64,000 nt of DNA from Azolla caroliniana (GCA_043228905.1 JBHGNT010000013.1:17050001-17114000); one strand, 5' to 3'. Positions 23,612 to 37,374 are shown, counted from the first letter of the stretch. The notes: generated by a model not told the origin, from the sequence alone. Translations and numbers: made by a program.

Positions 23612-26600
23612 ATGCGAGGAGGAGAACTCACTGAAGCGATGGTGACGACGGTGGAACGCTTGGTAAATGCCCAAGAAGGCATCACCGGCCTAGACCGGGC
23701 CATAGAGACGGTGGTTAGCACAACGGGTCGGTTCAACGGAAGAGATACGTTGAGCTACTTGGATGCCTATAAGGCCGAAATGCTTATGCGAAATGTCCCC
23801 GAAGATAGGTGGCTAACCGGATTTGCTAGAGTGGTAACGCCGAGTATCCATGCAGAGGTACTCAAGATCCAAGCAGACTGTTGCAATTGGGAGGAGTTCG
23901 AAGAAAGACTCCTCGAGGAATACGGCCTTGATGACGCACTTTGAATTTCGAAAAGGGATCTAATGGAGTGGGTTGAGCTTCCCGGTAAGGGGAGAAATAC
24001 TATGGCACTTCCACAAGAATTTGAGAAGCGCTTCGTGCGACTCTTGGCTCTCGATAGGATGGTGCTTGACACAAGCAAGGTCCTACTATTCATAAAAGTT
24101 GTTGATGCATGAGACCGAGAGAAGGTGGGGCTCCTCCTCAAAACTGATGATGGGCTCACGACGGATTGGGCTATGGTAAAACAGGTTTGTAGTCGCTTCG
24201 ATAAGAGAAGGGAATGGAACGACGGGTCTCCGTTGAGCGGCCAAACATCCATAGGCTCCATTAGTGAGACACACGAACCCAGGGGTGGTAGAGCACCTCA
24301 AGAAAGAGAGTGTAGAAAGTAGCGTGCGGAAGCAAGTATGAAGACCGAACAGAAGGAAGGAAACTTAGGTTCAATGGAGAGCTTAAGCTTACACGGTATA
24401 CGCAGGAGAGACAGAGAGAGAAACACAAAAAACTATATTCAGCAATAATACTCAGTCTGTACATAAGACGTGCTCAGTAAACACTTTTATACAAGTCCTA
24501 GAAGGACTGACCGAAGTACTGACAGTACTTCAATGCTCATTAAGAGCTCCTACACTAACTCCCAAATATATTCCTCACGGAATATCTTTCCTAACGACCT
24601 CTCGGTTTACGCACTCGGCCTAACCGATTGGTCCCAACCGATCCGGTCCTCGGCTTCTTCAGCCGATCCGGCCGATGTTGAGCTTGTCTCTCAACACTCC
24701 CCCTCAAGCTCAACTTGAGGCTCTTCGGGATCTTCACAACATCGGTTCCTCCTGGCTCCACGCCTCGCTCGCGCTCCTCGACCTGTTCGACTCCGCGCGC
24801 TTCGACCCTTCTGGTCGGCTTGTCTGCTCATGCGGCCCTTATCAGCTCTTTTGCTATTGCGGTGTTGACGCTTCTCCTGCTGCCTTTTCTTCCGCTTGGG
24901 CCTCGGTTGATTCAACGTGTCTGAATCAAACATCCGAACCGACTTGGCTACCTCCGATCGGTCTTCGCTCTCGTCCGAGTTGGTTGTCTCCAACTCGTCT
25001 TCGGTCTTCTCGCCCTCAATGGCGTTATCTTCCCCATGCATGGTTGGCTTCGGCTCTCTCCTTTGGTTGCTCCCCTTCTGTCCGCTTCCGGATTTTTTCG
25101 CGGGTCCGCCCTCGGCTTCTTCAGCCGATCCGAAGTCGAACTTGACAACCGAGTCAACCGAATCAACCGACTTGGTGGTGTCGCGGTCTCCGCTCCTTTC
25201 CTGCTGCCTTGCTTGGTGGACTGTTCTCCCCCTCAAGTTTGGCACATTGAGGTGACGCAATCCGAGCGCACCTGAGAATTGCCGCAACTTGTCCAGACCA
25301 AGAGGCTTGGTGAAGATGTCGGCAGTCTGTCGATCCGTCGGAACGTACTGAAGTTCGACTTCACCGGAAAGGACACGCTCACGGACGAAATGGTAGTGCA
25401 CCTCAATGTGCTTGGTCCGTGCGTGGAAGACAGGGTTCTTCGCGAGTTGGATGCTGCTGAGTTTGTCGTAGTAGATCGTCGTTAGATCGGACACCTCCTC
25501 TCGCAGGTCCTTAAGTAGCCGCTTCAACCATATGGCTTCGCATGTCGCGACAGCCGCTCCTCGGTACTCAGCTTCGGTGCTCGACAGTGCAACTGTCGGT
25601 TGCTTCTTACTGCTCCACGTCATCGCGGCACTCCCGAGGGAGAACGCGTATCCGGAAGTGGATCGGCAATCGGCGGCGTTGCCAGCCCAATCAGCATCGG
25701 TGTAGCCGACTAATTGTGCAGCTGCACCGGTCCGATATAATAGTCCTCGGTCCTTAGTGCCACTTACGTACCGCAGTACGCGTTGCGCACACTGAAGGTG
25801 CTCCTCGATAGGTCGCGCCATGAACTGACTGATCACCCCGACCGGATAACTGAGGTCGGGTCGGGTGATGGTCAAGTATATGAGGCTTCCGACAATTTGT
25901 CGGAACCTCGTCGGGTCGCATACCTTTCCCGTATTGGGACGAAGCTTGACGATTCTGTCAAGAGGAGTCGAGACGGACTTACAGTCGGCCATCCCGAGTT
26001 TGAAGAGCATACTCAGCACGTAATGACGTTGGCTGATCAATATGCCTTCGGGGGTACGGATCACTTCGATCCCGAGGAAGTAATGAAGGTCCCCCAGATC
26101 CTTCATGTCGAACGATGCCGCAAGCTGGAGCTTCACGCGGTCGATTTCACCTAGGTCGGCGCTGGTGATGACCAAGTCATCAACATATAGTAAAATACTA
26201 ACCGGTCCGAGTCGACCTTTCCGGATGAACAGGGAAGAGTCCGATTTTGACGTGACGAAGCCCATCCGACGCAGTTGTTGCGTGATCTTCGCGTTCCAGG
26301 CACGCGGGGCTTGCTTCAGTCCGTAAAGGGACTTCTTCAGTCGGCATACTGCCGAGGAGTTCGTACCAGAGTGAAATCTAGGGGGCTGTACCATGTACAC
26401 CTGTTCCTCAAGGTCACCTTGCAGGAACGCATTCTTTACATCCATCTGATGTAAGTGCCACCCCTTCGCCGCAGCTACTGCGAGCAAGACACGGACGGTC
26501 GTCATTTTCGCGACCGGCGCAAACGTCTCATCGTAGTCGATGCCGTGTTTCTGTGCGTAGCCCTTTGCCATTAGCCGAGCCTTGTACCGGTTGACCGAGC

Positions 26601-29600
26601 CATCGGTGTTGTACTTGACCTTGTACACCCACCTACACCCGATCGGTTTTACCCCCTTCGGTGCGTCAACCAGGTCCCAGGTCTCATTCTCCGCCAATGC
26701 GTGCATCTCTTCCTCCATCGTGGCACGCCAATTCGCGTCTTTAGCCGCTTCTGCGTAGCTCTCCGGCTCACGCACTTCCGCTACACGGGTCATGTACGCA
26801 TAATGATGCGCCATGTACTCGTTGTATCCGAACCGCACAATTGGGTTCTTCTGGCGGGTAGATCGGCGTAATCTCACATTAGCCGATGTCAAGGCCTTCT
26901 CGGTCGACGCGGTCTTCACCTTTAAAGACCCGTCACCGGTTCCCTCGGAGTCGGACTCGCGTTGGTCTGACTCGTTCCTTTCCGTGCCGGAATCCGACAC
27001 CTTCTTCTTCCCTTTCTCTTTGCGCATAAGCCGACTCCTCGGCTTCCTGCGCGGGGAATGCACGACTGAGTCTCCACTACTCGCCGGCTCTTCATCGGAC
27101 TAGTCGTACCGACTCAGTCGTCCAATCGGTCCACTTAAACAGAGTGAAATCGGACTCTCTTCGCGGGTCTCGATTTTGGGCTCATCCGGAGGCATCTCGG
27201 CCTCGCTGACCTCATCGTCAGAGCTTGGATTGGAGTCGAGGTTCGTAGTCGGGGGCAGGTACCAGGACGCAGACTCGTCAAACACAACGTCGCGGCTGAC
27301 ACGCGCTTGTTTGGTGCGAGGGTTATAGCACTTATAACCCTTTTACTCGTCCGAGTAACTGACCAAGATGCATTTCTCGGCCTTTGCGTCCAGCTTCCTC
27401 CTTTTCTCCTTCGGTATATGCACATACGCAATGCTACCGAACACCCTCAAGTGTCGCAAGTTCGGCTTTGTTTCGAAATATAGCTCATGCGCCGACACTT
27501 TGTCTCCAATCCGGTTCTGGATGTATACCGTGGTCCTTACCGCCTCGGCCCAGTAGAACTTGGGCAAGCTCTTCTCCTCCAGCATTGCCCGTGCCGCTTC
27601 CACAACGGACCGATTCTTTCTCTCGGCCACGCCGTTCTGCTCTGGCGTGTATCTACAACTGAATTCACGACGAATTCCCATTTGTTGTAGGTAACCGTTG
27701 AATTGACCGGAAAAGTACTCTTTCCCGCCATCCGACCACAGGCACTTGATCTTTCATCCCGTTTCCGTTTCCACGAACCCTTTGAGGTCCCGAAAACAGT
27801 CGAAGACTTCGCTCTTCCTCTCAATGAGGTAGATCCACGTGTGCCGCGTGTGGTCGTCGGTGAAGGAGACGGAATATCGGCTCCCGCCAAGACTAACGTT
27901 TTGTGCCGGCCCCCATACATCGGAGTGTATAAGGTCGAGCTTGTTCCGGCTCCGGTTTCGCTCGTTGGGGAAGGGAAGTCGATGTTGCTTCCCGAGTTGG
28001 CAGGCTTCACAAATTTGTGCCTTGCGGCCACTAAATTTGGGCAATCCGAACACTACCTGTTTCGATTGCAGATCTTGAAGCCGTTGGTGGTTGACGTGGC
28101 CTATCCACTTGTGCCACAAGTTGATGTCCGACTCGGTCTTTTGTCCCTTCGCAAACATTGCGGTGCCGCCGTCAGTGGAGTCGAGGATGAACATCCTCCC
28201 GTCTCTGCGCCCTTGCGCAATCACACGACCTTCTTCCTCAATGAAGCACTCGAGGTGTGTAAACCGAACCTCCATCCCTTGGTCGACGATCTGTCCGACC
28301 GAGACCAAGTTTTTCGTGATTGTCGGGACGTGCAACACGTTCATGAGTTTCCCTTTCTGCCCGACATGGCTAAGGGGAACTTCTCCGACATTCGCGATCG
28401 GATGCGGAGTGTCATCTTCAGTTGCGACTACTCCAGGTTGGATCGGTTTTTCAAGGTACGAGAACCACTCCTTATGGCTCGTCATGTGGTTTGACGCGCC
28501 GGAGTCTAAGTACCACACCTCATCCGATCTCGGGGTGCTCTGTTTCATTGAGTTTGCTTCATGTCTCGACACGAAGGCAGACCCTTCTCCGGCTCTCCCA
28601 GAGTCTTCGGCGTAGTGCGATTGCTGCCGATTTCCCTTGTCGGTATTTCTGGAGCCATTTCTCTCCGAATTGGGGCGCTTCTTCCAGCACTCACTTTCCT
28701 TGTGGCCTTTCTTGCCACAGTACCAGCATGCCGCGATGGACTTCCCTTGCCGGTTCTCATCGCTTCGACTCCCCCTGTTTCCGGAGGGTCTGGAGTTGCT
28801 GTCGGCATCACTTCGGTGCCTTCTTTCTTGATCTCGTCGGCCGCCTCCATTGCGTGCCGACTCGCCTCGTCTTCCACGTCCACGGGGCCTATCTCCCTCC
28901 GTGTACAACATTCTGCTGTCGGTGTGCGTGCTTGTAGACGCACCTGCGTGGTTCTCCTCTACCAGGAGCATCGACTGTAAGTCGAAAAAGGACGGCGTAT
29001 TCTCCCGGGTACACACAGCCGTTCGAAACGCTCTGAACTTCGACGCCAATCCTCTGAGACAAATCTGGACCATCTCGCTCTCCTCGATGTTCACCTCTAT
29101 GGAGGCGAGGGAGTCGCAGATATCCTTGATCTTCGAGGTATAGTCCGCCACCGACAAGTCGCGTTGTCGTAGGTTGCTCAACTCTTGTCGGAGCTGAAGC
29201 TTCCTGGCTGTGGTGCTCGTGCCGAAAATCTTTTTCAGATTTTCCCACGCACCCTTCGGCGTCTTTGCATCCCGAACATAGCTCAATAGCTGTTCGCCCA
29301 CACACGATGCGAAGCAGTACAATACCCTGCTCGCCGATTGCTCCCACGACGGGAAGTCTCTGTGTGTCGATTCGGGTGCCGCGTCATTAGCTCTTTCGAC
29401 ATAACTCCAGTAGCCATGCCCGAGCAGGTACTGGTGCATCTTGTAGGACCAAGATGCGTAGTTGGTCCTGTCGAGCTTCTCTGTTGGAAGCGAGCTCGCC
29501 ATGCCTCTATCCATCGTTCTTCTCGTTCTTCTTCATCAAGCTGTGTCGGCTGCAGAGAGGTTCTCAACCCTCACGCTCTGATACCATGTAGAAAGTAGCG

Positions 29601-30336
29601 TGCGGAAGCAAGTATGAAGACCGAACAGAAGGAAGGAAACTCAGGTTCAATGGAGAGCTTAAGCTTACACGGTATACGCAGGAGAGACAGAGAGAGAAAC
29701 ACAAAAAACTATATTCAGCAATAATACTCAGTCTGTACATAAGACGTGCTTAGTAAACACTTTTATACAAGTCCTAGAAGGACTGATCGAAGTACTGACA
29801 GTACTTCAATGCTCATTAAGAGCTCCCACACCAACTCCCAAATATATTCCTCACGGAATATCTTTCCTAACGACCTCTCGGTTTACGCACGCGGCCTAAC
29901 CGATCGGTCCCAACTGATCCGGTCCTCGGCTTCTTCAGCCGATCCGGCCGATGTTGAGCTTGTCTCTCAACAGAGAGCAAGCAAATGCAAGGTTTGTCCC
30001 CGAGAGAAATGTGGTTGAAGCACCGTCTGGAGGGTTGGCACTAGACGAGCTCACAAAGATGGTGCAAGATCTCCAACTAGAGCAAGCTAGGAGAGAGAGT
30101 GGCGGCCCTCAAGATCGACGTCCCTCGTTTGCGCAAAGATGTATGTGGTGCGACAATCCCGACCACCTATGAAGGGAGTGTGGAGACTTTCAAGAGGCCC
30201 TAAGAAGGGATATTGTCTATCTTTGGAACAATAGGGTCTATTCGATGGAGACAAGGCGCCCCTTGGGATTGAATCAAGGCCGAGGGGGCATGAGAAGGCT
30301 AATGGAGGAGGCCGAAGCATGACATGTTGAAGCCGT
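23612..30336 (+). pseudogene. Disrupted gag of Gypsy A (23612-24310 plus 29973-30336), interrupted by Copia C and cut by Gypsy B
   Basis: Homologous to the gag of element B (RFNGRD..YKAEMLMR; RCMWCD..H zinc knuckle); in-frame stops. Confidence 0.85.
24311..29972 (-). mobile_element. Full-length Ty1/Copia element C (386-bp LTRs at 24311-24696 and 29587-29972)
   Basis: TG..CA LTRs with about 8 differences by eye; TSD GAGAG; PBS TGGTATCAGAGC (tRNA-iMet); PPT GAGGGGGAG. Domains: gag, CCHC (CWYCGKKGHKESEC), PR (LDSGAS), INT (HSDVWGP, QNGVAER), RT (YVDD), RNase H (HARTKHIEVHYHFVRE). Pol is broken by a few frameshifts and stops. Confidence 0.95.
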
Positions 30337-33300
30337 TGTCGAGGTATTCCTCGCGGATGCGTGGAATGAGGCGGGACCTCGGGGGTCTTGTATCGAAGAG
30401 CAATAGGGAAAGGAGAAGGGAAGGGACTCACTACATGCGGGCGTAGATCCACAGGGACACGGCCCTTCGACACGAAGACGCGAGCGTGGAAACCAACACA
30501 AAGAGGCACAACGGTATGTAAGTGTATATTAACAGAGACAAACAACAAAACACGAAGTCGGTTACAACCGAACAGGCCGACGAACAGATGCCGATGCCTG
30601 TTCGTAAACGCACAGAAAGGAAAGAGTAGGTTGGAGGTGCTGCCGGAAGCACTCGAGCATTCCTCAGAGCAGCGCGAGCCTCCCGAAACCTACACAGCAA
30701 GAAGCTACGAAGTTTGCGAGCCAGAGAGAGAGAGAAGCCTTCACCCACAAACTGACAGCACTTCGTCCTCGACTCTCCGCGATCCCTTTCCTCCTCCTCG
30801 TCTCCCTCCTTTTATAGGCAAGAAGGGAGCCGTTTCCTATTAACTTCGCACCTACCGAATCTACCTACCTAGGATCTTCCATGTCCCTAATTCTCTCTTA
30901 TGTACAACATAAGGCGTACGTGTATGAAGAGCCGGTTCCTATGCTCCGGTGCACCGATTCCGCTCGTGGACGGTTTTCTTCACGACATCCGCCCCCACCT
31001 AACCGCGCATCCACCGGCATGCGCCAAATTGAGTTGGGACGGAGAAAACCGGTCCAGCCTTTATTCCTCGCCCGTCGGTTCTTCTTCGGTTTCAGATCGT
31101 TCGTCGTCCCGGTCCAGGTTATCCGGATCCAGCTCGTCGTCGTGACGCTTCTTGAACGCTTTGATCCGCTTCCCAGCTACCGGTATCGCCATTCTCATGC
31201 CGTCGAGTTCCGCCAGATGGTACGTCCCGTTGTCGTTGGCGCTTTGTACCACGTAAGGCCCGAACCACCTTCTTGCGAACTTCCGTGTCGCTCGGTGCTG
31301 GTTGTCGAGGCTGCTGTCGTAGACTAGCACCCAGTCGCCTTCCTCGATCTTCTTCGGTCGGAGCCGGTGCGTCCGGTCGAACCAGGCTTTGTTCCTCGTC
31401 CTTGCCACCCGAAGCTTTTCCGCAGCCTGCTCCACGTCCTCCGGTCTTCGCTCGAGCTGCCGTATACGCGCCACCAGTAGTTCCTCCCGGCTCATCTCGT
31501 CTCTCCAGTCCACGGTTGCCCACGAGGAGATCGTACGTTCCATCGGCATGACCGGCTTCTGCCCAAACATGAGCTCTGCCGGCATGAATCCGGTTACCGA
31601 ACTGTGCGTAGTTCGGTCAGCTCACAACGCGTAAGGCAGTAGCCGCGGCCAGTTCCCGACTTGCCCCCCGCATGCCCGTACTAACGCCTTGACGATCGGT
31701 CCGTGTCCGCGCTCCACCTTCCCATTCGGCTCCGGATTGTACGCAGTGGTAAGCGAGAGCTTGACTCCTAGCCGGTCGAACAGCTCCTCGGCCTCTTCGG
31801 CGTCCAACTCCCCGCGATTAGCCACGATCTTCCCGACGCACCCGTACCGGCATATCACGTCCTCGACCAGGAACCGACATACGGCCACGGTCGTTTTGTT
31901 CTGAAGGGTCGGCCTTCCACCTGGTTCGTCAGATCTTCCCGAGCCAGGACCAGATACCGCATCTGTCCTACGCCCATCGGCATCGTCACTAGATCTACCA
32001 TCCATTTGAAGTGGATGGTCGGAGGGTACGTAGGGTGAAGCTCGTCCCGATGCCGAACTATGGAGTGCATCTGACAGCTCTCGCAAGTTGTCACGAACTG
32101 ATGCACGTCCCGGTACAGTCCCGGCCACCAGTACTTCCCCTTTATCTTCTCGAACGTGGCCCACGTTCCACGGTGTCCGGCCCAAGGGCTGTCGTGGTAG
32201 GCCGTCAGCAGCTCCTCCTGTTCTTCCTTCATCGCCACCACCCTGAGCGGGACGCCGTTCCTCTTCTTCGGGTGCTTCCATAAGTATCCGTCCCGGAGAA
32301 AGAACCGGTATGCTTTCTTCCGGATCCGGTTGGTCTCGTCCCTCGTCCACGATGCATCCGGTGTCATTGTCCTCAGGAAACCACCGATCTGCAGCCACTC
32401 GCCGTCGTACTTGCTCTCGTCGAAGCCGTTAAGTGCCGGAGTGCTCGTCCCATCGGTCGTTGCGTACGCCGCCTTGAAGAAGTCCACGCCGACTTCTTCG
32501 TCCTCCGAAACCATGCCGCCCTCGTCATCAAACCTCGCCCTCGAAAGCATGTCGGCCATGGCGTTGTCCTTTCCGGAAATGTGCCGTATTTCCGGGTCCA
32601 GGGACTTGATGTATGCTATCCACCTGAGCATCGCCAGGTCCGGTGTCGCGCATCCGGAAACCATGCCGAGAATTGGCAGGCAATCCGTCTCGATAATCAC
32701 TTCTGTCCTGATCAGGTAGTCTTTGTCGGCCTTTACTACCGAAACGATACCCCAGAGTTCGCGTTTAACCTGGGCGTACCCTCGCTGTCGCTCACTGAGG
32801 ACCTTCGCGCCGAATCGGATCGGGAACCGTATGCCGTCCTCATCTTCTTGGTTGACGACCCATCCGATCCCGGTCGGACTCGTATCCACTGTTATGTATA
32901 CCGGGGTACCCTTCTCGTAGTCAGCCTTCCAGAGCGCCGGTGCTGCCGCAAGAGCTTCCTTCAGCTTCCGGACCGACTCCGTGTGCTCGTCTTGCCACTC
33001 GAATTTTCGCCCTTTCTTCAGCAACCCGTATAGTGGCTCCGCAACGTGGGCGTAATGTGGGATCCATATGTGGTAGAACGCGCATGCCCCCAGGAACCTC
33101 CGAACTTTCGTAACCGAGCTACAATCGGTCTTCATCGCGGAGATGGCTTCTACTTTTGCCGGAGACGGCTTCCGGCCATACGGTCCGCACAGGTGTCCGA
33201 CCACTAGGATTTCTGATTGCCCGAAGGCCGATTTCTCCCCGGAGAAGGTGAGCCTCGCATCCTCTAGCCTTTGTAGCACCTTCTCGCAGTCGTCGATGTG

Positions 33301-36300
33301 TCTTGCCACGAATCGCCGGCATCCGTCCGGCCCGACTGTCTCGTCCTTCTCTTCCACCGGGCACCCCTTTATCGGGATGTCGTCCAGAAATGGCATGGTG
33401 ATGTCCGGGATGCAATCCCTCAGTACCTTGTTCATTGCATTCACCATGTGGGCCACCGAGTTGGTCCCTCCTTGTGGCAGGGTACACATTCGCACTAGGC
33501 CGAGGGGAGTTCGCATCGTCGTAATGTCTCTGCTCTCCACGGCTAGCTGGAACTGGTCGTACCCCGAGTACAGATCACCGACCGAGTAAATCGACCTTCC
33601 GGCGAAGGCCTCCGCGAACTCGTCTATGGTCGGTCCGATTCCTGCGTTCCGAATGGTCACTCTGTTGACTGGCTGCAGGTCCTGAATGAAGTGCAATGTT
33701 CCGTTTTTCTTTGGTACGGTAAACCATCGGTTCGAGTATGGCGCGCTCGACGGTTCGAGAATACCCATATCGACTTTCTGCCTCAGTAGCTCCATCAACT
33801 CCGGGATGTGAGCTCTTGGTACCGGAATCGGCTTGAGATTCCACGGCACATGCGGTACCATGAATATCACCATCGGCTCCACGATTGTCGGGTCTACGCA
33901 CTCAATCTCTTCCGGCGAGAATGCGAAGGCTTTCCCGTGCCTTCCGAGCATTCTCTGAAACCGGTCTTCCTCCGCCGGCAGTAGGAACCCGCCCCCACCG
34001 ATCTTGAGCTCCCGGAGCGTCCCGTCGGTGAAGGTGTGTCCTATGCAGGCCGGATCTCGTAAACTGGGGTCCGACGCAACCCCTCTGATTCGGGACTCGC
34101 TGCCCTCCGATAAGGGTGCCGCGACTGGCCTTACCTTCCGGTCCACAGTCTTGTACTTCGTGCTAACTCGGGCTGTCCGATCTGACCGGAGTCCCTGGCT
34201 GAAGTTCGTGATGACTTCGTACATCTCTTCGGAACATACCGGTATCGTCCGGTCTTCGTTAAGGTCTTCTCCGACTACCTTCCTCAGCATCCCCAAGGTG
34301 TCGTCGAAGGAGACCGCCTCCACGGCCCCGCTGATTTCCTCGTCCGGGCCGAGAACTCCGCACGCTCGAAGTTGCTCCTCCGCCCTTGCCCTTTCTCGAC
34401 CAACGATGCCGACTATTATACACCCTCCGTTGTTGGAGAAGCAAAATTTTCTACCCATCGTACAAGGTTTCTTCGGTTTCGGTTCTATCGTACAGCTGTG
34501 GGGTCTTTCCCGAGTGTCCGGACTGTCTCGGCCCCACGCCTTGGCAGCCCTCTCTAAAAATCCTCACGGTTCTCGCCACCGAGGGATTCTCAGTTTCGCT
34601 CGTGGTTCGGTCGCACCGTCAGAAATTGGACCGAATGGCGCCCGTCCTGGCTTTTGACCCTCGCGTAGGCCGAACCGTTGTCTAGCACCTTGGTCTCCAT
34701 CCGCGCCGCCGTGATGTATGGTTCCCCTAATATGACCGGGTGCGAGGACGTCTCTTGTACGAAGAAGTGCTAGTCAATCTCGACGTCGCCAATCTTGACT
34801 CGCACGTTCGGGCAGGCCCCGTGCAGTTCCTCGGTGGCGCGCGTCGCCGCTCGTATCTTCCACCCGTGCTTGGTGTTGATCGGCCACTTTCCCTTCTTAT
34901 AGAAGTCCATGGACATCAGGTTTATTTCCGAACCGTGGTCCACCAATGCCACCACCGGTTCCTGAACGTCTCCGATCTTTACCGGGGTCTCCGTGGTTGC
35001 TCGGGCCCAGTGCGGCCTTGAATAGTGGCTCTCCGCCCACTCATCTTCCAGCGCCATGTCGTCAATGCGCGTTGTCCGCACCTCCACCGGTCTTTCCGGT
35101 TCCGTCTCCGTCGACAGCCTCTTCCGTTTCACCAGGTCCACAATGGAGTCGTGGAACTCCTTCTTGGCGATCCCTAGCACCTCTCGCAATGACAACTCCA
35201 CTTTGCTATCGAGGATCCGTTCTTCTAGGACCTTTCGTAGGTCCGTAGTCCTTTCTATTTCCGTCCCTAGTCGGTATCCGCCCTTCCTGGGGTTATCTTG
35301 CGAGCTGGACCCACCGGCATCGTTCCGTCGTTGCCCGAATCGGGTCTCGTACCGTTGTGAGGGCCCGGCCGCTCCGGCTTTCCCCACTCGTTTGTCTTCT
35401 ACCAGAGCCTCGTAGTTCCGGTAGGCGGCTTCTACGAAGCCTGTCTTCTCCTCGACCGGATCGCTCCACCCGGTTATTTCCCGGACCAGTCTCTCAGCGC
35501 TGTCCGTTTCATCTTTCCTTAGTCGTGCGCTGGCAAGACCTTCCAGCATTGCCGACCAGAATCCGTCTTTGCCCTCCTTTCGGGCCTCGCTGCCCCCGAC
35601 CCGAATGCCGGCCGACGCCGAGTAGTGGATGGCCTCCACGTGTCGGGCCGCTGCCTCTTCCATCAGTCTCTTCATTTCTCCTCGCCCGTCGTTTCGGTTT
35701 AGGGCCCTTCTGGTGTCGCCGACGTGCACTCGGCCTTCCTACAGGTACACCACCCGGTTCCTCAACGCTTCTGCGAAATCGCCGCAGTCCTTTCAGATAT
35801 GGCCGACCTCGTCGCACCACATGCACCTTTTCCCTGCTACCGGCCGTCGGTCACGAGCCGGTTCGCCGCCTTCCCTTCGAGTCTGGGCGATCTGGAGATC
35901 CTTTATCGCCCGCGTCAACTCCTCCAGCGCTGCTCCTCCGGACGAGCCACTGACCATGCCGGTCGAAGCCGGACTGGTTTCGAGCCATTCCCGGGTTTCT
36001 TCCCTTCGCCCTTGTGGTGCCGGTTCAAGCCTCCTTGCTGTGACAGAGCCTGCACCAGCCGCCCCGTTGTCAGCCCATTCTCGCCGTTTGTCGAAACGGC
36101 CACAGACTCTCTTAACCGCAGCCCAGGCGGTCGTCAGCCCGTCTTCGGTTTCCAGTAAGGAGCCGACTTGATCCCGGTCCCACTCGTCCACCGACTTGAC
36201 GAACAGTAGGAACCGGCTCGTATCCAGAAAGGTTCGGTCAAGCGCCGAAAGCCGCGCAAAGCGTTCTTCGAACTCCCGGAGGAGTGCCGACGCATTTCTT

Positions 36301-37374
36301 CCCTTGCCGGGGGACTCCACCCACTCCATGAAGTCCCGTTTCGAAAGCCGGAGCGTGTCGTCCAACCCGTATTTTTCTAGGAGTCGACCTTCGAACTCCT
36401 CCTAGGTACGGCTCTCCGCCCGCACCTCGAGCACCTCCGCATGGATGCTCGGCATCGCCACTCGAGGGAACCCGGCAAGACGCCTCTCTTCCGGAATGTC
36501 CCGCATCAGCATTTCTGCCCCGTAGGACGCCAAATACTTCGTGGCGTCCTTTCTGCTGAACCGGCCGATCGTACCGACGATCGCCTCAATGGTTCTATCG
36601 AGGGCGCCGGTGCCCTCGCGGGCGCTCAATATCCGATCCACTACCGAAGCCATGGCCTCCGCAAGATCCGACCCCTTCATCTTCTGCTCTTCTGCCGCCT
36701 CCTTCACGTCGGGTTCACCAAGATGTCGAGGTATTCCTCGCGGATGCGTGGAATGAGGCGGGACTTCGGGGGTCTTGTACCGAAGAGCAATAGGGAAAGG
36801 AGAAGGGAAGGGACCCACTAGGTGCGGGCGTAGATCCACAGGGACACGGCCCTTCGACACGAAGATGCGAGCGTGGAAACCAACACAGAGAGGCACAACG
36901 GTATGTAAGTGTATATTAACAGAGACAAACAACAAAACACGAAGTCGGTTACAACCGAACAGGCCAGCGAACAGATGCCGATGCCTGTTCGTAAACGCAC
37001 AAAAAGGAAAGAGTAGCTTGGAGGTGCTGCCGGAAGCACTCGGGCATTCCTCAGAGCAGCGCGAGCCTCCCGAAACCTGCAGAGCAAGAAGCTACGAAGT
37101 TTGCGAGCTAGAGAGAGAGAGAAGCCTTCGCCCACAAACCGACAGCACTTCGTCCTCGACTCTCCGCGATCCCCTTCCCCCTCCTCGTCTCCCTCCTTTT
37201 ATAGGCAAGGAAGGAGCCGTTTCCTATTAACTTCCTACCTACCGAATCTACCTACCTAGGATCTTCTATGTCCCTAATTCTCTCTTATGTACAACGTAAG
37301 GCGTACGCGCATGAAGAGCCGGTTCCTATGCTCCGGCGCACCGATTCCGCTCGTGGACGGTTTTCTTCACGACA
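30337..37374 (-). mobile_element. Ty3/Gypsy element B, non-chromovirus, Phygy/Selgy-like (651-bp LTRs at 30337-30987 and 36724-37374)
   Basis: PBS at 36703-36720 is the complement of tRNA-Trp; PPT AGGTGGGGGCGGA. Domains: gag, PR (LVDHGSEIN), RT (FLDD), RNase H, INT (HHCC, GPY); no chromodomain. The LTRs differ at roughly 25-30 sites and the flanks do not form a TSD. Confidence 0.92.
34498..34563 (-). promoter_or_regulatory. Putative -1 ribosomal frameshift signal (G GAU UUU plus H-type pseudoknot)
   Basis: The Gag-PR frame ends GAG GAT TTT TAG, and the -1 frame is open straight into the 867-aa RT-RH-INT ORF. Stems are GGGCTG/CAGTCC and GTGGGG/CCCCAC. Confidence 0.75.

Noticed and set aside
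24697-25225. env-like gene in Copia C
   Set aside because: In frame with Pol, highly charged, and lacking a transmembrane segment.
27703-36171. Long antisense ORFs in elements B and C
   Set aside because: Expected shadows of GC-rich coding strands; no independent motifs.
36703-36720. tRNA-Trp gene
   Set aside because: Only the 18-nt 3' end is present, next to an LTR, so it is a primer binding site.
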